Shown: positions 1 to 11,727, numbered from the whole stretch's first letter. The stretch: 61,267 bases of DNA, filler included, from Platydemus manokwari (GCA_037951405.1; 6 parts of 6 records of this genome joined end to end with filler, not necessarily neighbours in it), one strand, 5' to 3'. Program-made: numbers and translations. Notes: a model not told the origin generated them from the letters alone.

Positions 1-214
1 ATGTAGAATGACTAAACAACAGAGCACAAAGAAAGCTTTAAAATGATATATTATATGAATAATTTTCATAAGATCTTTAATTTAATATTTAAAAATGAAA
101 AGCCAATTTAAAAAAGGCCATTATTTTTGCACCAACCTAATATTCCATCCGCTGTGGGCGGTGGTTGGCAAAATTCATGTGGATATATATGTGTTTTTCC
201 TTTAACTGGTTAGT

Positions 215-2090
215 ATAATGACTGTGGTTGCGTTAACTGTGGTGGCATTCTAGGGTCATATCATCCTGCTTTTAGCAATTCTATATCCTTTTGATGTTTT
301 ACTGATATTAGATACTTTGCTATTGGTGGACAAATGAAGCACATTACTTGCCAAGAATAACCGACTACATCCTTCAAGGTTTTCATCAAAATTGTTGATG
401 AAAAGATCATTTTTATCAAAGCTATAATGTAATTTATTCCCATAGAGAATGAAAAAAAAAAGCTTCCATACAGACTATAAAACATTTCTTTAAAGTGATC
501 CGCCGATAACAAAGCTTCATAATTGAATGATCCATCTATACTTCCTTGCAATACTTTTTCACCATTTTCATTATAACTTTCTCTCGTTGTTTTGGAAATA
601 ACATGTGTTTTCTTGCTTTTTCTATATCTTCCGCTACATATATCCCATTATTGTCCATATCATTTACTGGTTTAAATGCTAAATTTCCTGTTGGTCCATT
701 TGCTTTTAATGTTTTTACATCAGTACGCGGTTTCTTATAATCCGTTCCTATCCATCTCCCATCGTCAGATCGAAATACAGGATCCATTGCATTTGAACAA
801 GAATCTATTGGTGGTGCTTTATAATTGTGTCCTAATATGATTCTCGTAACTGGTTGTAAGAATGTCTTTTGATTATTGTAAATTATCAGCATTTCGTTGG
901 TACAATGCTTATGTTTTCTTACTACAAGATTCGTCACTTTTTTACATTTAGACGTATAGATGACTTCTACTACTCGAGCGAAGGTTCCTTTTTTCTCAAA
1001 TATTATTGGTGCGACAAGTTCTGGGTTTTTTATAGCTAAAGCTAACTTGGTCTTGAAGACTTCCCTATTTAGCTTACAATCATTCAAGATTAACTCCATA
1101 TAAACTTTCCAATTAATCCTTTGGCTAGGTGATAGAAATAGTCTAACTTATTGTTAAAGTACTGTGCCAGTTTCGCATCTAACTTATTTAGTTCTCCCTT
1201 AGTATCTTTTATCTCATTCTCACTTAGATATATTCCTTTATAATTTGTGACTATGACCATTTGAGCACATCTCTTATCATGTCTTTTATGTATGAATCTC
1301 ATTGCACTTTTCCCTTCTTCACTCATGTACAGTGTTGATATTTCTTTCATTCTGATTTCAGATGTTTCTCTTGCTATCAGATAAATAACTTTCCGCAAAT
1401 TTTGTCTCCTTAAATATTTTACCATTTACTGCATGTAATCATTCCTTTTTTAGTCATGTTAATGGACTTATACATGATTAGTGATATTCCATATTCACAA
1501 TTTGTCCATGTTGTCATCTTTTTAGTTTGTGCATCAAATGTTGCTTGGAATTCTCTTAACTCTATGATGTAATGTTTTAGTGCAACTACATTTTCTAATG
1601 TCTTATTCCACACTTGACATTCAGATTCCTTACAATATCCTCCTGTTCTTCTCCAATCTGCAGGTCCTATTTTTTGTCTTGTAATGGCTTTTCCTAATGT
1701 TATTGCATATCCTTATGATGTGTAATATGCCTCTAACTCAAATGTTTGTCTGCATTTTTCCTCTGTTGGTATTTCTGGCATTGTTGCATATACTGGTTTT
1801 AATATTGTTGTGTATGCTCTTGATGATCATGAGCAATGAAATGTCAGCTCTTGATACATTATTTTACACTCTCTGGCTTTTCAAACAGAAATTCGGACTC
1901 ATGATACACATACATTTCCTTAGCTATAGATTTTGTTAAATTTACAGGATATGCCTCTGGCATTTATCTGTATCTAATGAGTGTTTTTGCCCCCATTGTG
2001 GTTTTCCGCAATCATAACCACCTATCCCTGCATCTACTCCTATTAATCCTACTAGATACATTGTTAATAATGTTTGAACTATGGTGTAAA
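215..2090 (-). pseudogene. env: Envelope glycoprotein, chuvirus-G-like (class III fusion protein), frameshifted
   Basis: Signal-peptide-like VQTLLTMYLVGLIGVDA then GYDCGKPQWGQKHSLDTDKC (YDC at 2008-2016). Further motifs: GGYCKESECQVWNKTLENVV; CKLNREV..LALAIKNP..GTFARVVEVIYTSKC..CTNEM..YNNQKTFLQPVTRII..C..PVF..DGRW; GIY..EDIEKARKHMLFP. C-terminal hydrophobic segment. Confidence 0.75.
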
Positions 2091-2157
2091 TTTAGATTTT
2101 TGTTTAGATTGCTGACTTTCTGATTGCTTTTCTTCCTCTTGAACTATAAATTTTCTT

Positions 2158-3566
2158 CTATCTGCTAATTGTTCTAACATTGTTTACTAATTTAGTCCAT
2201 CCAACATTTTGATTTATTTCATTCTCATATTCATTTGCTATTAATTGCGCTCCCTCATCTTTGATCATTATTTGATTGTCTATTAAATTTAAAATTATTT
2301 GTAATGTTGTTATCCTTTTTCCAGGTGTTTTTTCTTTATTCATTATTTTCATAACTTTCTTAACTGTTTCCTTATCTGATATTTTATTGCTTATTCGATT
2401 TATTTCGTCTTTGTATTTATCTGTGCAATGCTCTAATGCTTTTATATGCAATTTCTCATTTTGATCTAAAGCGCTGGCTTCGCCACTAAGTGCTTGTAAA
2501 TATTGTTTGATTTGTTCCTTAACTTCTTCTTTCTGATTAAATTCTCTTATTACCTGTGCATGCATCTCATTTTTATCTAATGCCCAGATTTCGTCACTAA
2601 GTGTTTTATATTTAATTCTCCATTTCGCTTTTTCTTCTATGTCAGAATCTTTAGGTGGTATGTCTTCTTCATTTAAATTTATGGGATCATCGTAATTTGT
2701 GATATTATTCTAGATTTTATTCTTAACGTCTGGTGGCCTTTCTCTAGTTTTTCTCATTGTTGTTTCTTGATCTCTTATTATCTTTCATTTCTTCTTCTGT
2801 TTCAGTCCCTTTTTCTATCTTATCTTCTTCCCTTTTTCATAATTCATTTTTTTCATTCCATTTCCCTAATTTATTTTCTTCTACATTATTTCCTTGAACT
2901 TTTTGTTTTATTATTTCTCCATTGTCATCGTAATTATATGTTATTAATTGATTTATTGGCTCATTTATGGCTTGAAATGCTCTTGATGTTGATGGTATAT
3001 ATTCTTCTCTTATCATATTTCCATAATTATCAAATGGGAATTGTGGTATATAACCATAATTATTTTGTTGTTGATATTCAGGTGGATAAACTGGTTGTTG
3101 CTGTATACGATCCTCTTCATATATTATCTCTTCTTCTATTTTATCTTCTTCCTCATTATTCATTTCTGGTGTTGTTAAGTTTATTTCCTCTCGATATGGG
3201 TAAATTATTTTCTTGATCTCAAAACTATCTCGTTCACTTTTATTGTGACTTTGCAAAACATGGATCATTGTATTGTCCTTGTAAACATTCCATACAATTT
3301 CCTGACTCATCTTGTTTTTTTCTTATCTGCTTATTCACCTTATATGTTTCTGGTGATTCTATCAATTTCATAAAATCTTTTCCTGATGACTCAGTATCTT
3401 CTGCATTCTTAGCGTCCTTCTTCTTTTTCTTCTTCTTTGATGCTTCTCTTTTCTCATCAATGCTTTTGTCATCTCCACTTGCTACTTCATTTATTATTTC
3501 ATCCAGGTCTACTGACCATTGCCTATTAACTTTTCTTTCTTTACTCTTCTTTCTACATTTTTCCAT
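2158..3566 (-). pseudogene. Charged, low-complexity and coiled-coil linker between the Ubl array and env
   Basis: ORFs 3240-3566, 2837-3310 and 2158-2565 are K/E/Q-rich and have no convincing PR/RT/RH/IN motifs. Homologous sequence precedes the second glycoprotein copy. Confidence 0.55.
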
Positions 3567-3599
3567 TTCTATTTTTTTCCCTTATTGTTGATTTTATCA

Positions 3600-5420
3600 C
3601 TTTCCTTTTCTTTTTCCTCACACTTTATCATGTTTATGTCATTATATCCCCAACATACATTGAAGCTTATATACTTCCAGGGTATCGTCTTAGGTACATT
3701 TGGTATTGGTGTTATTATGTTAACTTTCACCACATTTATCTCATCTTCTGAGAATACATTTTTTAGTTCTTCTTCCTCTATTAAGGTTCGTTGTTTATAC
3801 TTCATAATTATTTTATTTAATCCCCATTCTCTCCTATTTATGTATTGTTCTTCTATTTTCCTCTTTAAATGTTTTACTTCCTTCTTTTTCTTTATTAACT
3901 TATAATCCTCTAAATCTTCCTGATAAATATTCAACACTTCTATTTTCACTATGTATTCATCTTCTTCACTTATTAACCCTATCTCTATACTATTCAAACC
4001 TGTTGGCTTTAAACTATGATGCAAAAACTGATAATCATCATCCAATTTTCTTTAGATTTCTTCTTTCTTTCCTTTATGTTCATATTTTAATTCCATTCTA
4101 CTTGGTATGCTTTTCAATCTCACTATGTATTTTTCCTGTGGTATTCCTGTTTGTTTAGATGTCCAATTTTTAAACCACTTAATTAATGCATTTCCACTTA
4201 TTCTGAATTCTTCTATTTCTTTCTTTTCCCTTATATTCACTTTTAATTGATATACAGGTGCTGACAATAACCATATTGGTAATTTAATACTATCCTTATC
4301 ACTAGTAATTCTTTCATCCCATGTTCTCATAACTGTTATTATCCTATTTTCTTATTTGCACTTATTCGATAATATACCATAGATTGTTCGTTATTCATAA
4401 ATATTCCTTTTGTTATTTGTTCTAACGTTATTCCTAATAAAGGTTCTCCTTCTCTCTTTAACTTTCCTACATCCACCTTATATGTCATTTTTCTTATTCC
4501 TTCTCTTTTGAACGGTCAAATTCGATCTATTTCAAATTTTAGATAATCTACCGTTACTGTATCTTTTATTCTTATGATCTTTATTGCTTCATTGCCTGTA
4601 TTATCTATCATTTTAACTTCAATTTCTATTTTGTTCTCTTGTTTAATTTCTTCTGCACAAGTTTTCATATTTATTTCATATTGATCCCATGGTATTGATT
4701 TTGTTGTGTAGTCATGTTTTCCTGTATTGAATTTTATTTCTATTAAGTTTATCTCGTCGTCCTTGAATATGTCTTTTAATTTAACCTTATCCACCATTTG
4801 TTCTTGATTATGATATATGTTTATTTTTACATTCTCCCACTCTGTTTGGTCAAATTAAAGTTCTCGTATTGCTTCTCGTACTTCATTCATTGTTCGATGT
4901 TTAAACATTAACTCATTTTCCCTAATTATATTAGTGTAATAGTTAGGTTCTATTATCATCTTAACTATGTAATATGCATATGGTGCTCCTTTTTCTCCGT
5001 CTTCTTTTATTGATGTGATCACTATTTCATTCTTATAATATTCGTTTAATGGATAATACCAAAATTGAAGTTCTTCATCTAATATTTCCCATTTTCTTAA
5101 CTCTATTTCTCTTTCTAATGTGCAATTTCTTTCCCCCTGTCTATATCTTTCTTTCCTCCATCTTATTATATATTTATCCGGTGGCTTTTCTTGTTGTTTG
5201 CTAACCCATTCTCGAAACTATTGTATTGATGTGATCGCTATATCATTCTTATAATATTGATTTTAAACTTTATTTTCTTTTCACTATCGTGTATCTCTTT
5301 TCCAATTGTTATTTCTAATTCGTAAGCTGGATTTCCTTGCAATTTAACCGGTTCTCTTCTCCATTCACTAACATATTTTCCACTGCTTATTCTTCTTGTT
5401 GCAAAAGTCCATGGCCTCAT
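3600..5420 (-). pseudogene. Tandemly duplicated unit with about five ubiquitin/SUMO-like domains, directly downstream of the capsid
   Basis: The two units align: IQ*FREWVSKQQEKPPDKYIIR / IKWFKNWTSKQTGIPQEKYIVR; LDEELQFWYYPL / LDDDYQFLHHSL; LKDIFKDDEIN..KSIPW / LKNVFSEDEIN..KTIPW. Ubl-like patterns include VKHLKRKIEEQ...KIIMKYKQRTLIEEEELKNVF and TVDYLKFEI. Confidence 0.6.
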
Positions 5421-6400
5421 CATGGCTATAACATTATTCTCTTTATTTTTATCGTCTTTAATTTGAAACTGTGTTAACAGTTTGTTTAATTGTTCCCATG
5501 TTACATTCATGTCAGGGTTTTTTTCATGATCTTTAGTCGCTATGTTATTTTTACTAGTAGTCGGTATCTCTTTTTTATTTTTCTTAAATGTTACTGCACT
5601 TATTAATGGATAATTTCCAGGTATCCCATAATTTATATTATGATTTGTTAAACTATTTGACATGTAAATAATTTCAACTCTTCTAGCTTTTTGAACTAAT
5701 TTCTCAAAATTTTTATATTCTGCTAATGCTATTGGACTTATTAATATGAGTATTATTTCCCTTCTAAATTGATCTATAACCATTTGCTCGCGACCCTCTA
5801 CAGATACATATTTGCCATAAGCCTTAATTACTAATTCTTTTATTGCCATTGAATATTCTCCTACACTTTCACCAGACATTTGGTATCTATCATTAAATTG
5901 CTTTACATAAAATTCATGCACATCATCTCCCACAACTAATTTGCTTTTTAATTCCCTAACTAAATCCTTATAACATTTAATTTCTTTAAAATCTAATCCT
6001 TGTAATGCTTGTAACGCCTATGATTTTAAATACAATGACAATCTTTGAAATTGTTCTGCCTGCGTCAAGCTATATGCTTCAGTTAATCTATTATATTCAT
6101 TGAAGAAATCATCAAACCCTTCCTGTTTTCCATCATATGGGTTAATTGGTATATACACATTTTTGCTATTCATAATTACATCATTCATTTTGTCTAATAG
6201 TGCTTTATATTTTACAATTAATTCACTATCTATTTGGGTGCATATTTCAATTATTTATCCATCAATTTGGGTGCTTATTTCTCTACAATCGATTATTTCA
6301 CTATCAAATTGGGGGCTTATCTCTCTACAATTCACTATTTCACTATCTATATCAATTTGGGTGCTTAGATTTTCTAAATTATTTCCTAATATTATTGTTC
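5238..6400 (-). pseudogene. gag: Gag capsid (retrotransposon gag, Ty3/gypsy-like) with an in-frame stop at 6018-6020
   Basis: Manual translation: PINPYDGKQEGFDDFFNEYNRLTEAYSLTQAEQFQRLSLYLKS*ALQAL...FNDRYQMSGESVGEYSMAIKELV (MHR-like QxxxESVxEY). The N-terminal part has ISTQID-type repeats. No CCHC knuckle seen. Confidence 0.85.
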
Positions 6401-6775
6401 AATTTGAACTACTTTTTTCGGTAAATTACTACTGCTAAATTATGTTGATTCACACTGCTTATCAAACTTCAATTAATATCAAACTACCTAAGTCTATTAA
6501 CGCTTTTCTCAGATATTTAATCAACACTTTTCGTGGAGTAAACTTGAAACTTTTCCTGGAACAATCGATGATATTACGAAACAGACTTATTAAGTTATCT
6601 ATCTTCTTACTAATTAATGTCACTTAGAGCAGGGTGTAGACCTCTCAAATTGTTAAATTTGTTGCGATAAAGTTGAAAACCTTAATCTATTTTTCTTCTT
6701 TTTATATACCGAAGTTACAAATTATGCGTCGCTAAACTAGCTCTCCGGTTCACGCAATAAAAACGCGCTTTAATT

Positions 6776-6915
6776 ATCAAATTTATCAAATGCTCCTTGG
6801 CTCAAATTGACTTTATCTCTAGCTCCTTGGCTCAATTTAACTTTATCAACTTTATCTATAGCTCCTTGGTTTGATTCGAATTTATCAAATTTATCAAATG
6901 CTCCTTGGCTTAATT
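6776..6915 (-). repeat. Short tandem repeats in the retroelement leader (LSQGA-x-DK in ORF 6770-6982)
   Basis: GCTCCTTGG occurs four times with TTATCAAA/CTTTATC spacers. Confidence 0.75.
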
Positions 6916-7014
6916 CAATTTCGTTTATTTTATCTATTCTAATTCTAGTAATTTCTAACTTCACTAATTTACCTATTTGCAACTTTAACTTCTCAATTTT
7001 GAATTCACAATTTC

Positions 7015-7267
7015 AAACTTTTCACTAATCGAGCACCAATTATCTTATTCAAATTTAATGGTTAATTTTAAAACTTTAAACTTAATTTTTACTTCCAAAT
7101 TTATCCTCACCCGTATCACCAATTGTTGTTTAACTTTTAACGATTTTTTACACAAATTTCTCCTCACTCGAACACCAGTTGTTGTTACTTAATTTCTAAT
7201 TTTACACCTTCAACTTTTAATAATTTTTAAACTAAAATTTCTCCTCACTCGGTTACCAATTGATGTT
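7015..7267 (-). repeat. Array of four PBS-like motifs with AT-rich spacers
   Basis: Minus strand: TGGTAACCGAGTGAGGAG (from 7258), TGGTGTTCGAGTGAGGAG (7177), TGGTGATACGGGTGAGGAT (7121), TGGTGCTCGATTAGTGAA (7038). The first three are preceded by AACA(A/T)CA and followed by AAATTT. Confidence 0.7.
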
Positions 7268-8553
7268 TATTATTTATACTTGCAAACTTCTAATGATTTT
7301 TCAAACAAATTGTTATGTTTGGGGCTTGCTAATTTTATTTCTTATCTTATCAGTCTCGTAATTCAATTTATCCTTATTATTGTTGATGATCACTGTTGTC
7401 TTAATCAGTCACACGTGGTTCTGATTAAGCCCTAGGTACGAACTATTGAAACTATTTATTTCTTTCTTCGCCTCGCGTTTATATGATGATAATATCAAAC
7501 GGCAAAAATGATCAATTATTACTACCAAAATTATTCCTATGTCAAGACTATGAATTTTAACAAAACTATCAGTCTCTATTTTAATTCTATCAGTCTCAAA
7601 AACTTTGATATCAATATTATCAATTCTTACTCAAATCAATAACAAACTCGTTGACTACAAAATGTTTATTGACATCAAATTTACACTAAACAATTATATA
7701 AATTACTACGTTTACAATGGTTAAATATACAATTCAAAAATACGAACAACCTTATCAAGCTTCTGGGGAAGATTTACGATTAATAGACTGCATTCTATTG
7801 CAGCAAAACCACCTTTCAAGATATTTGAGACAAAGCTCTATAGTAAAATAATATACACGGCGTATATAGTATTGATCAGTGGTTTACAGAATTAATCTGA
7901 CTTACGTTAACGAGCATATACTTGAACAATGGCTGTGGCAAATATGGATAGGATCGAATACGAGCTTCTACTGGCGACTTCACGTAACAGGAGGTTTTGT
8001 GTAGTTTGTAACGGATTATTCTATGTTACAGGCAGTTCGAATGTTATGACGTTTCCCCCCCTATTTATATGAATCGGGAGACGAATTTCGTCGTCATGGA
8101 TTATTGGTGAAAATGGGTTCAATTAAATTTATTCCCATGAGATTTCCCTTTTATTTTATTAAAATAAACTTGCTCGTTAACTTTGAGATAATGAAATATA
8201 AATAATTTAATATTCTTCTACGTTTAATTCTTAACATTTTCTTGGAAAGGTGCTATAATATTTATCAACCGTAAATAAATTATCATTATCATTTTATGAT
8301 AATAATAATTATTATTATTCTTATTTTTTACCAATTCAATAATCAACCAGAAGCTTGATTTACAAAATAAAATTTAATTAATTATAAAAAAGGTAAAAAT
8401 AAAATACATTGCTTGATTAACCAAGCCATTTATAAAAATTGGTACAATAATAACCGCTTGAATAATCAAGCCTGAAAATTGCTACACTTATTTATAAAAA
8501 TCGATATCAAATGTTGTCAAGCGAAACTATTTGAATGGCAAAAATTTGTTACA
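7261..8553 (-). repeat. Putative 5' LTR (~1.3 kb)
   Basis: Minus strand starts TGTAAC (8553) and ends AACATCA (7261), followed after 2 nt by TGG of a PBS-like site. Internal TATA box. No second LTR is present to confirm the boundaries. Confidence 0.55.
8055..8070 (-). promoter_or_regulatory. TATA box of the putative LTR
   Basis: Minus strand reads ATATAAATAGGGGGGG and points toward gag. Confidence 0.5.
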
Positions 8554-9364
8554 GTTTTTCATATTTGGATTGATTATAGTTTTCATTTTGCCATTTTCCC
8601 AACAATTCAACTTCTACGATAAGGTTGAAATTTTTTTCAAAATCTTGATTCATATGTTTTTACATTAAAAAATGAAACATTTTCATAGAAATCTTTTACT
8701 TACTGTTTGTTGTCTGTATGCTTTGCTTTTGAAATCAAACAAAACCGTTTATTTTTCTGCTCTTCTGTGTTTTTGTAAATGATTTGGAAACATTTGCTTA
8801 TTTTTCAGCTTGATGTATTTTCCTTTGTCGATAAACAAATCTTAAATAAAACTTTCATTATTTTTTAAAGTTATCTTATTTGTTTAGTTCTGTAATTTTT
8901 ACATAATTCTAAAGGATAGCACAAAATAACACATTATCAAATTACCTCTAGTTAGATATGATGGTTGTTTTAAAAAATAAACTAAAAGAAAAGATTTTAA
9001 AATATTTATCAAAGCTTGTCGATAACTTGAATAATTTTTATTTTCCATTTGAAGCCACGGAGGACATATATAGAATAAATAATCAAAATATAAAATTTGA
9101 TCTCGATATAATTGTAATTATTCAGTTGATATAGGAGTGAAAAATGCGTATTTTGTAGGTTGATTTTGACAGTATTAAGAGCTATGACTTAATATTTTGG
9201 GATCATCAGCATAAGCAATAATATGGATTTTCGTATTGGAAACCTAATAGGTTGATGCCTACTAATTACACTTAAACGAGAATTATATATTAGGTGTATT
9301 AGTATGATTCCGGCTTTTTTTTAAAAACAAAAACATTTTTTAAAATATTTATTTAATGAAATTC

Positions 9365-9464
9365 NNNNNNNNNNNNNNNNNNNNNNNNNNNNNNNNNNNN
9401 NNNNNNNNTTAATTAATTAANNNNNNNNNNNNNNNNNNNNNNNNNNNNNNNNNNNNNNNNNNNN
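9365..9464. other. Artificial contig spacer
   Basis: N44-TTAATTAATTAA-N44, which has stops in all frames. Confidence 0.95.
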
Positions 9465-9879
9465 AAATATTAAATAGACTATAGATTAAAAAGCTCCTGA
9501 AATTTGATTATTTGAAAAAATGAAAAAAGTATGTCGAATTACAATTTATTTAAAATTAGTGAAGATCCCTTTTTAACATTAGAAGCGAATTATTTTATAA
9601 AAATAAGTAATTATGCTATTAAATATATCTGTAATTAACTAACTCCATTTATAATTAAAAAGTTTAAATTTAAAAAGTCAAATAATAAAGTGGTTAGAAA
9701 GGGAGCTTGGTTTAAAAATATGTTTTATCCATATTAGACATCTTAAAAATGAGATATTAACTGAATTATACGAATAAATAAAACATAGCAGTTATATATA
9801 AAATTAAGTTATAAAATTATCTCATGTGCGAAAATTCTTTGTACGAAAGTAGGTTAAAGGACCCTTTTTCTTAACTTAA
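9465..9879 (+). mobile_element. MITE family A copy (left end cut by the gap)
   Basis: Core CTCCTGAAATTTGATTATTTGAAAA and right end GGACCCTTTTTCTTAACTTAA are shared with three other copies. Confidence 0.7.
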
Positions 9880-11727
9880 ACCGAAATTTATTTTTATAAA
9901 ATATTCAAAATCAAAACATTTTTAATTTAATTATCTTTTTTTAATTCTTTGAATTTGTTTTTCGTATTTTTTATTTTCCTCACAGTCATAACATGGAAAC
10001 TGATACAAAACAATAATAAAATTTAATTTATGAATTAGATTAAGGAAATGAAAATCACTACAATGATAAATCAAAATTAAAAAATCTAATTGGTAATGCT
10101 GTTTTTTCAGTGATTTTCAAAATACTTTTAAGTCGAAGTGTTTTACCATCTCAACAGCAAAGGTTTCAATAATTTCCACAATTTCCATGTATTTAAATTA
10201 TTTTCTGAATAAATTTGTTATCCATAATTTCAATTCGGAGAAGAATTTTTTTTTTGGTAATTGGCAATTTTGTTGTAGGATGGATTGTATGAATTTTTCG
10301 ATAATCTTTTGTCCAATATTTTCTACACCAAACTATTAATAACCATGTTTTTATAGACATTTTATAAATACTTTAATTTCCATCCATCGATATTTTCAGC
10401 TAAATCAATCTTGATAAGGATTTCGGCATCGAAATAGCAATTGTTAGTAAATAAATTATTTGTGCATAATATGTCTAGAATAATATTGAATGTGTTTGTT
10501 TTTCCTCGTTTGTTCTTGATCTATTTCTGGTCTATTTTGAAAAAAAAGTCCTTCTTATCATCTGCATTTAATATGGATGCAAATTGCTTTCCTTCTCTCT
10601 CTGTAAGATTGAAATCAAACTTTCATTACAAAAACCAAGTGGCAATAATTCTCATTCAATTGTTTCGGGTTAAATCATAACAAGAAATTATCAACAAATA
10701 TCATCAAGAGAAAATCGAACCATAATTAGGCAATTTCATACAAAAAATTGATAAAATCTTATTTTCTTGTTATAATTCAGCTTCTTGATTTTTTCTTTCC
10801 ATTTATTTTTTACTAATTGCCTGGATATGAAAGATTTAAAATAAATGAAACAATCAAATTTAAAACCAGTGATGATAGGAGGGAAATTTTCTTTTTTCAC
10901 GATTGCTATAAAATCTGGATTCCTGTTTCATGGCTAATTATTCATTCATCAGTTTTTATAGTTAAATTAAGAAGTTCATTCGAAATTAAAACGAAATAAG
11001 ATCATTTCAGGTGGTAGACGATATTATTATTCTATTGGTTTTATTAAAATAAATTGCGATTTTGGGGGAAAGTAATTCAAACCAGATTTGCCAAAAATAT
11101 TATTAATATTATAATTATTTTCTTCTGAACACATGCGTTTGAATAATATCTAAAACTGATGAGTAATAGAGAAATTTTTATTTTCCATTAATTTAGTGGA
11201 TTCTGAACATTTTTCATGTTCTTAAGTGGAGTGCATTTTAGATTTAGTTAGTCAGTGATAAGATTGAAAAGTAAATAATTTAGTACCCCAGTTTTGAGAT
11301 TGTAGTATCAAAAATAATTACCGGAAAGTTAAATTAAACTAAACTTCACATATGACAATTTTCCTTATATGCCAAAATATTTTATTAAAACTTTTTAAAA
11401 TTTCTTTTGTAAATTAATTAAAAAATTACATTTAAAATAAAATATATGAAATTTAAATTTTATTATAATAATCGTCTAGACTGTTCAACGAAAATTTCAA
11501 ATAATATATAGAAAGGTAGTGGCTAACATTTCGATTCTGATTAATTATACTTTGATAAAAGGATAAAATTACATAATAGTAAAAAAGAAATTTAAAAATT
11601 TAAAATAATAAAATTTTATCATTAGAATCACATCATAACTTAAGTATAGCTTGTTATCTTAATATACCGGTTATAGGCATTTTGACAAATAAAACTTATT
11701 AATGTTTAATTTAAATAAAAAATCGGC

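Larger units (their letters stand above)
1..8553 (-). mobile_element. Decayed LTR retroelement (Ty3/gypsy-like gag + Ubl array + chuvirus-like env); 3' end lies outside the window
   Basis: Minus-strand order: LTR-like segment, PBS-like sites, capsid motifs, repeated Ubl-like units, linker, glycoprotein. The coding strand is strongly A-rich. Many stops and frameshifts. Confidence 0.85.

Noticed and set aside
1955-2016. Possible Gag CCHC zinc knuckle (YDCGKPQWGQKH..C)
   Set aside because: Spacing is not CX2CX4HX4C. It follows a signal peptide and matches the glycoprotein YDC motif in both copies.
215-6400. Alternative genetic code or G-to-A hypermutation explaining the in-frame stops
   Set aside because: Stops are of all three types and accompanied by frameshifts, and host genes use the standard code. 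Consistent with neutral decay.
546-7028. Plus-strand hydrophobic ORFs (e.g. 1697-1939, 2767-3216, 3519-3905, 6100-6438)
   Set aside because: Antisense shadows of the A-rich retroelement coding strand.
7015-7267. CRISPR-like repeat-spacer appearance
   Set aside because: Eukaryotic context, degenerate repeats, mutually similar low-complexity spacers and no cas genes. Better explained as PBS-like repeats.
10080-11150. Coding-like minus-strand stretch, possibly a decayed transposase
   Set aside because: Many stops and no recognisable catalytic motif, so it cannot be assigned.
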